Assembly: GCA_030145325.1 (NCBI GenBank)
Contig: JAQYVW010000009.1
Span: 473 to 64,472, forward strand
Origin: Desulfurivibrionaceae bacterium
Lineage (GTDB): Bacteria > Desulfobacterota > Desulfobulbia > Desulfobulbales > UBA5123
Reading direction: 5' to 3'
DNA: 64,000 bases
Made by a program: the position numbers and the translations under genes. The notes under the pieces are model-generated. The model had not been told where the DNA came from and ran no database searches. It saw only the letters and a list, made by a program, of their open reading frames with translations. Positions 59,599 to 64,000 of the stretch are shown piece after piece (position 1 is the stretch's first letter; each line of letters opens with the position of its first letter).

Positions 59599-61686
59599 TC
59601 AAAACTTGTAGCCCACCGTCAGCATCCCGGAGATTCCCGCCCGAGGGTAGTCATTGGGAATATACTGGGCTGCCCCGGAAAGATCAGGATCAACGTACTT
59701 TTTATCGAAAAGATTGTAAATCACACCTCGAATCTCCATTTCACGATAGAAGTGTTTGGCGGTTACCGCCAGATCCACCTTGGTAAAGGAATCCACCTCC
59801 GCTCTGGAATCGCCTGCCGGTCGAGACCGCTCCCCTGTCCAGGATACATCCACATTGGCCGATATTATCCGCGACAACGCATAATTGACAGTACCTCCGG
59901 CCCGCTGCTTGGGCACGAAGGGTAAGGCCTCGCCGGTGGCGGTATCGCGCGGGGCCTGATAAGTGTAGGTAAGTTTCAGGTAATCTTCCACGCCGAACTG
60001 GTAGTTCAAGGCAAACTCAATACCGTCGGATTCACTGCCGCCGATATTGGCATACTCGTTTGGCGCTACGGAGGTGTCACGCGTGATCTGATTGGTTATC
60101 TCCATATAGAAATAATTGAGGTCAACCCCAAGCTTCTCGGTCAGGCGGTAGCCGATGGCCGCTTCATAGGTGGTGATCTGTTCCGCCTCCAGAGCTTCAT
60201 TGCCCACCAGCGAGGTATTGTTGTCATTATATAACTCACTGAAGTTGGGAGCCCTAAATGCCTCGCCGTACAGCAGCTTTATTTCCCCCTGCTTGGAGAA
60301 ATTCCAAACTACGCCTGCCCGGGGATTGGTGGTGTCGCCAAAGTCGCTGTAATGATCGTAGCGGACGCCGGCGGTCAACTTGACATCGTTGACGACCTCC
60401 CATTCATCCTGCAGATAGGTGGCGTAACTCTCCCTGATCGCATCCTTGTTCCAGTTACCCCAGGCGGAGATATCTTGTACCCCGCCGAGATAGGCGTAGG
60501 TGTTGGGGTTGAAGTTAGAAATTGACTTCACGTCATACTGTCGCATCTTTTCGTAATGCAGCCCCCAAAGCAGGTGGTTTCTGGCCGTCAGGTCGTAATC
60601 GAGCTGCAACTCGCCGCCCACCGTGTTGTCCGTACAGAGAGGGCCGCCGATCATACCTTCAGGGAAACTGCCGATAAATCCCGGCGGCATGAGCTTCACC
60701 GAGGCGTCCTGCTCGAAATGGTCCCAGTACAATTTGGCCGAACCGGTCAGCGATGGGGTAAGGGCGTGCCGGTAGGCAATCTCGTGCCAGAAATTTTTAA
60801 ATTCCAGGTGATTATCGTCGGTAATGGCGTTAGCAAAGCCCACATACACACCGCGACTGTTGTCGACGAAGTGCCCCTCGTAGGAGAAGTCCTTGTAGGC
60901 AAGTTTAACAAAGAGTTCCAATGCCTCGTAGGTCGTATCGGCATCGCCGGGAGCCTTGGTGATCGGATTTCCACTCCAGCGATCCTCAGCGATGGTGAGA
61001 CCCGGGCCATGGGTCTGCCAATAGTCGAGACTGCCGAAAACCTGCAGGCCGTTGTCAAAAATATTGCCGCCAAGGATACTGAACTTGGAGGTGTCAAAGC
61101 TGCCGCCCGAAAGTTTCACCTCCACCCCTTCAAGGTCGTAAGCCTCCTTGGTAATGACATTGATGACGGCAACAAAGGCGTTGTCGCCGTATAGGGCGGA
61201 ACCGGGGCCGCGGACGATTTCTATCTGGCGGATGTTGTCCACGCTGAGATAGTCACCGAAATTCACCAAACCGCTGCTGGCATAGTTTTTGTTGAGGGAG
61301 TGGCCGTCAATCATAAGAAGGATCTTTTCGGACTTAACCGTGCTGATCCCGCGCACGTCAAACATGAAGAAACCTTGCTCATTCCTGGAAACGCCGATGC
61401 CGGGCACTGTTTGCAAGACATCCATAAGATTCCTGGCCCCCATGGCGGCAATCTCATCGGCAGTGATCACGGTGGCGATGGCCGGCGCTTCCCGAAGCGA
61501 CATCATGCGCTTGGTAGCAGTGAGCAGCAACCGGTCGGCACGGTAGTAGTCCACCTCCTGATAGGGCGAGGAGAACATTTCACGCACATCCTGCATTCTA
61601 TCCTCAACCGTAATGTCGGCGGCAAAGGAGACGATGGGGAACAAAGTCAAACAACCCAGCCCGGCGGCCAATATCAATCGTTTCAT
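59599..61686 (-). CDS. TonB-dependent outer-membrane receptor
   Basis: It has a signal peptide, a plug domain (LREAPAIATVITADEI...RNLMDVLQTVPGI; IEIVRGPGSALYG), a beta-barrel and a terminal aromatic residue (..VGYKF). Confidence 0.9.
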   Translation of the reverse strand: MKRLILAAGLGCLTLFPIVSFAADITVEDRMQDVREMFSSPYQEVDYYRADRLLLTATKRMMSLREAPAIATVITADEIAAMGARNLMDVLQTVPGIGVSRNEQGFFMFDVRGISTVKSEKILLMIDGHSLNKNYASSGLVNFGDYLSVDNIRQIEIVRGPGSALYGDNAFVAVINVITKEAYDLEGVEVKLSGGSFDTSKFSILGGNIFDNGLQVFGSLDYWQTHGPGLTIAEDRWSGNPITKAPGDADTTYEALELFVKLAYKDFSYEGHFVDNSRGVYVGFANAITDDNHLEFKNFWHEIAYRHALTPSLTGSAKLYWDHFEQDASVKLMPPGFIGSFPEGMIGGPLCTDNTVGGELQLDYDLTARNHLLWGLHYEKMRQYDVKSISNFNPNTYAYLGGVQDISAWGNWNKDAIRESYATYLQDEWEVVNDVKLTAGVRYDHYSDFGDTTNPRAGVVWNFSKQGEIKLLYGEAFRAPNFSELYNDNNTSLVGNEALEAEQITTYEAAIGYRLTEKLGVDLNYFYMEITNQITRDTSVAPNEYANIGGSESDGIEFALNYQFGVEDYLKLTYTYQAPRDTATGEALPFVPKQRAGGTVNYALSRIISANVDVSWTGERSRPAGDSRAEVDSFTKVDLAVTAKHFYREMEIRGVIYNLFDKKYVDPDLSGAAQYIPNDYPRAGISGMLTVGYKF

Positions 61687-61956
61687 AACTTTACGTCCTC
61701 CTCCCAGAGTTATGTTATTACACCCGTAATATCTCTGATAACTTATCTCATCGGGTCAAAAAATGATATTATATATTTTTTCCCATACACTTCGCCCTGT
61801 TGCGCACGACAGAGACCCTGCCCAACAGGGCAAGGTGTTTTCCTCAGCAACGGCACCCAGTACCCCAAAACGCGTTATTAAAAGTTTACAACAACGGAAA
61901 AAAGATCGAGAAGGAGCAAACAAAGGCAGAGAGAGTCAGGGATGTTGGCCAATTGG

Positions 61957-62997
61957 TCAGCATGAAGGATCGACCTTGACCCCGGTAACCATCTGCCAGT
62001 CACCAAACCCGGTGGGAAGCACCTCAATTTCCTGAAAACCGACAGCCGCCAGCAAGTTGCGTAGTTCTCCGCCGGAAAATTGCTGTCCTCTCGTCCACTG
62101 CATCATTCGGACATTATAGGCGGCAACGGAGAGAGGCCCTGTCTTGGTATCGTTGAACAACATTTCATGAATAATGATTCGACTGCCATGGTCCATTTCC
62201 GCATAACTTTTTTCAACCAAAAATTGACATTTCTCCGGTGGCCAGTCATGAAAGATATCGCTATAAAAATGGATATCGGCCTCAGGTAAGCGGTCATGCC
62301 ACATATCCCCATGCACGGTGTTGATCCGGTCCCGGAAGCTGTTGGCAGCGATAAACTCCTCGGCCACCTGGCAAACCAGAGGACGGTCATAGACCGTGGC
62401 CTGCAAATGTGGCCAGCAAGATACCACCCCGATGGAATGAGCCCCGGAACCGCCGCCGATGTCCAACAGTCTCTGGTAGCCACTGAGGTCGATGACATGG
62501 GGCCAGGCTATGGCGGCGGCCATGCTTTTACTGTGCATGCAACGGGTGAACGCCCTTGCCTGCTCCTCTTTTTGTTCATTGGTCTCAAAAAGGTCATTTC
62601 CACCGTAAACTTGGGGCGCATCGGTCAACAACGACTCTTTCAGTGAGGCAAAAGAGGAAAGTTCGGGATTCCTCAATCCCTGATCCAGGATGGCCCCCAT
62701 AGAGGTGGGACTCTCCGGCAGAAGAAATCGACGGGCAACCTCAGACAGTACATAAAGTCCCTGTGCATCCAGCCGAAGAAGTTTCTGGGCACAACAGATG
62801 GATACCAGGGCCTGGACGGACCGAGGCCGCAAGCTGAGCCGTGCCGCCAACTCCGCCAGGGACAAGGGGGCATCCGCCAGCACGGAAAAGAGTTTCAGAT
62901 CATGGGCAACATACAGGGCCTGGGCACTGGTCATTCCAAATATGATACCAAGGATGTGCCTGTCATCCATCTCTGGTGTAACGAGAGGATCTTTCAT
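61957..62997 (-). CDS. Class I SAM-dependent O-methyltransferase (Methyltransf_2-like, with N-terminal dimerisation/wHTH domain)
   Basis: It has the SAM motif LLDIGGGSGAHS and acidic-loop and C-terminal motifs consistent with small-molecule O-methyltransferases. Confidence 0.75.
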   Translation of the reverse strand: MKDPLVTPEMDDRHILGIIFGMTSAQALYVAHDLKLFSVLADAPLSLAELAARLSLRPRSVQALVSICCAQKLLRLDAQGLYVLSEVARRFLLPESPTSMGAILDQGLRNPELSSFASLKESLLTDAPQVYGGNDLFETNEQKEEQARAFTRCMHSKSMAAAIAWPHVIDLSGYQRLLDIGGGSGAHSIGVVSCWPHLQATVYDRPLVCQVAEEFIAANSFRDRINTVHGDMWHDRLPEADIHFYSDIFHDWPPEKCQFLVEKSYAEMDHGSRIIIHEMLFNDTKTGPLSVAAYNVRMMQWTRGQQFSGGELRNLLAAVGFQEIEVLPTGFGDWQMVTGVKVDPSC

Positions 62998-63001
62998 AAA
63001 G

Positions 63002-63178
63002 TTATATTTTCCTTATAGGTACGAAGAAGAAAAGGAGACAATTTTTTTCTTTCCTCGGACAGACCGGGCTCATCAACTCAAGACGACGAACGATCTTCTC
63101 CGAAATCTGCCGATAATGCCCGCGCTGAATGATGTGATGAGGACCATTTGGAAGGGCTAAACGAACTCGTCTTGGCAT
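63002..63178 (-). pseudogene. Truncated Y1 (IS200/RAYT-like) transposase N-terminal stub
   Basis: My translation from the ATG at 63178 is MPRRVRLALPNGPHHIIQRGHYRQISEKIVRRLELM... The MPR.PR....G..H.IQRG..RQ opening is characteristic of PF01797-type Y1 transposases. The rest is lost or degenerate. The stub is 58 codons, whereas these transposases normally run to a few hundred residues. Confidence 0.55.
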
Positions 63179-63190
63179 TGAGTTATGGTA

Positions 63191-63227
63191 ACAAGTGTCT
63201 GTCCACAAATGAGGATTTTTGTCGGAG
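63191..63227 (+). repeat. Solo family-B repeat arm
   Basis: ACAAGTGTCTGTCCACAAATGAGGATTTTTGTCGGAG closely matches the left arm of the 38045-38199 palindrome. It lies 13 nt upstream of the transposase stub's ATG. Confidence 0.65.
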
Positions 63228-63234
63228 ATCGATG

Positions 63235-63325
63235 CCCCATCCCAAGATCAATGCCAGCGCCTTGAGCAACGACCGCATGGTTAGCAGCAACCGATCGGCG
63301 CGGTAATAATCCTCCTACTGATACC
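63235..63325 (-). pseudogene. Fragment homologous to the 5' region of the TonB-dependent receptor gene
   Basis: On the minus strand, TATCAGTAGGAGGATTATTACCGCGCCGATCGGTTGCTGCTAAC aligns with TATCAGGAGGTGGACTACTACCGTGCCGACCGGTTGCTGCTCAC at 61516-61559 (YQEVDYYRADRLLL). The fragment reads YQ*EDYYRADRLLL with an in-frame stop, then decays. Confidence 0.6.
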
Positions 63326-63346
63326 GGGAACTGCCCACACCGGAAA

Positions 63347-64000
63347 TCAGGAGCCCTTGCCCACTCGATCCAATAACCCCCGCACCGCCTGTACCAGAGC
63401 CGCCTGCCGGAACGGCTTCTGCAGGAACAACGAATTGTCCTCCCTATCCAGATCCTTGGTTGACATGTCAAAGGTGTAGCCGCTGACATAGAGCACCGGC
63501 AAATCCGGTTTACTCTCCCGAAGGGTCTTGGCCACCTGATCGCCGTGGATACCAGGCATGATCACATCGGTGAGCAACAGATCGATGCCCCCCTGTTCCT
63601 TTGCAAAGACCTTGACCGCTTCGCCACCGTTAACCGCCTCAATCACCCGATAGCCGTAATCCCGTAAGGTGGCAACGGCAACCTCCCGGACGCCGGGGTC
63701 GTCCTCCGCCAGCAGAATGGTTTCGTCGCCAGTGGCGATCCGTACCCCTTCCGGCTTTTCCGCAGGCGTATCCCGCTGGGTCGTCTGTTGGAGATAGATA
63801 TAAAAGGTGGTACCTTGGCCCGCCGTTGTTTCAATACGCAAATGCCCACTGTGCTGCTGAACAATGCCATAGACGGTGGAGAGACCCATGCCGGTCCCCT
63901 TGCCCACCTCCTTGGTGGTAAAAAATGGCTCAAAGATCCGCGGCAGGGTTTCCTGATCCATGCCCGTGCCATCATCACAGATGGAAAGCACCACAAAGTC
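63347..64000 (-). CDS. Hybrid histidine kinase, C-terminal part (HATPase plus receiver); 5' end lies outside the window
   Basis: It has G-boxes (DDGTGMD, GTGMGLSTVYGIV) followed by a REC domain (ILLAEDD...DVIMPGIHG...QKP). The ORF is open to the window edge. Confidence 0.85.
   Translation of the reverse strand, partial: DFVVLSICDDGTGMDQETLPRIFEPFFTTKEVGKGTGMGLSTVYGIVQQHSGHLRIETTAGQGTTFYIYLQQTTQRDTPAEKPEGVRIATGDETILLAEDDPGVREVAVATLRDYGYRVIEAVNGGEAVKVFAKEQGGIDLLLTDVIMPGIHGDQVAKTLRESKPDLPVLYVSGYTFDMSTKDLDREDNSLFLQKPFRQAALVQAVRGLLDRVGKGS

Noticed and set aside
60556-61881. + strand ORFs of 212 and 193 aa inside and over the start of the TonB-dependent receptor gene
   Set aside because: They are antisense shadow frames. 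The receptor frame is supported from its signal peptide through to the terminal aromatic residue.
61687-61956. Possible cobalamin riboswitch upstream of the TonB-dependent receptor
   Set aside because: I looked on the minus strand for the B12 box (GCCACTG and surrounding consensus) and the conserved GGGAA / GGTG blocks and found none. The only feature is a 9-bp stem hairpin (GCCCTGTTG...CAACAGGGC at about 61794-61831) with no U-run.
63157-63489. 110-aa minus-strand ORF spanning the kinase 3' end and the decay zone
   Set aside because: It overlaps the hybrid kinase coding region out of frame and reads across the receptor-gene fragment in the wrong frame. It has no independent support.

Overview
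The window looks like a chromosomal segment from an anaerobic Desulfobacterota-like (deltaproteobacterial) genome. That origin is only inferred from gene content: a DUF3365 haem-type sensor kinase, bacteriohemerythrins, FolE2 and a stand-alone IMP cyclohydrolase domain. No rRNA, tRNA or CRISPR was seen.

Positions 1-37.7 kb are mostly housekeeping and envelope-stress genes:
- uvrB, thiL and an ECF sigma / anti-sigma / HtrA operon
- comM, an M48 peptidase, an AMP-nucleosidase-like gene, a TolC-family gene, a PPTase and gluQ
- a U32 peptidase, pyrR-purN-IMPCH, hslR, folE2 and lon
- hybrid kinases, BI-1, an AI-2E transporter, two hemerythrins and an MBL hydrolase

Positions 38.3-56.7 kb hold the most unusual content, a large chemosensory cluster with no methylation genes.
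- Gene order is REC-HK, CheY-like, CheA, Hpt-Hpt-REC, a second CheA, then MCP, cheW-MCP and cheW-MCP.
- The three central genes carry five Hpt domains between them.
- Both CheAs carry a tandem LGEILV..G....L...L..Q motif pair that resembles the MshEN/T2SSE_N c-di-GMP-binding signature, located where a P2 domain would be expected.
- Two of the MCPs have a duplicated double-Cache-like sensor.
- The promoter-cheW-mcp-terminator unit is tandemly duplicated, with a relic of a further MCP 3' end behind it.

Other notable items:
- a solitary CheW split by a 7-Cys two-CW-like insertion
- a C9 homopolymer that separates an Hpt ORF from a hybrid kinase
- two families of intergenic inverted-repeat elements: family A has three copies, and family B is a 155-bp palindrome plus a solo arm next to a decayed Y1/RAYT-like transposase stub and a TonB-receptor gene fragment
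- an unannotated 57-aa zinc-ribbon ORF

All calls come from reading the sequence and ORF translations. No database search was run.
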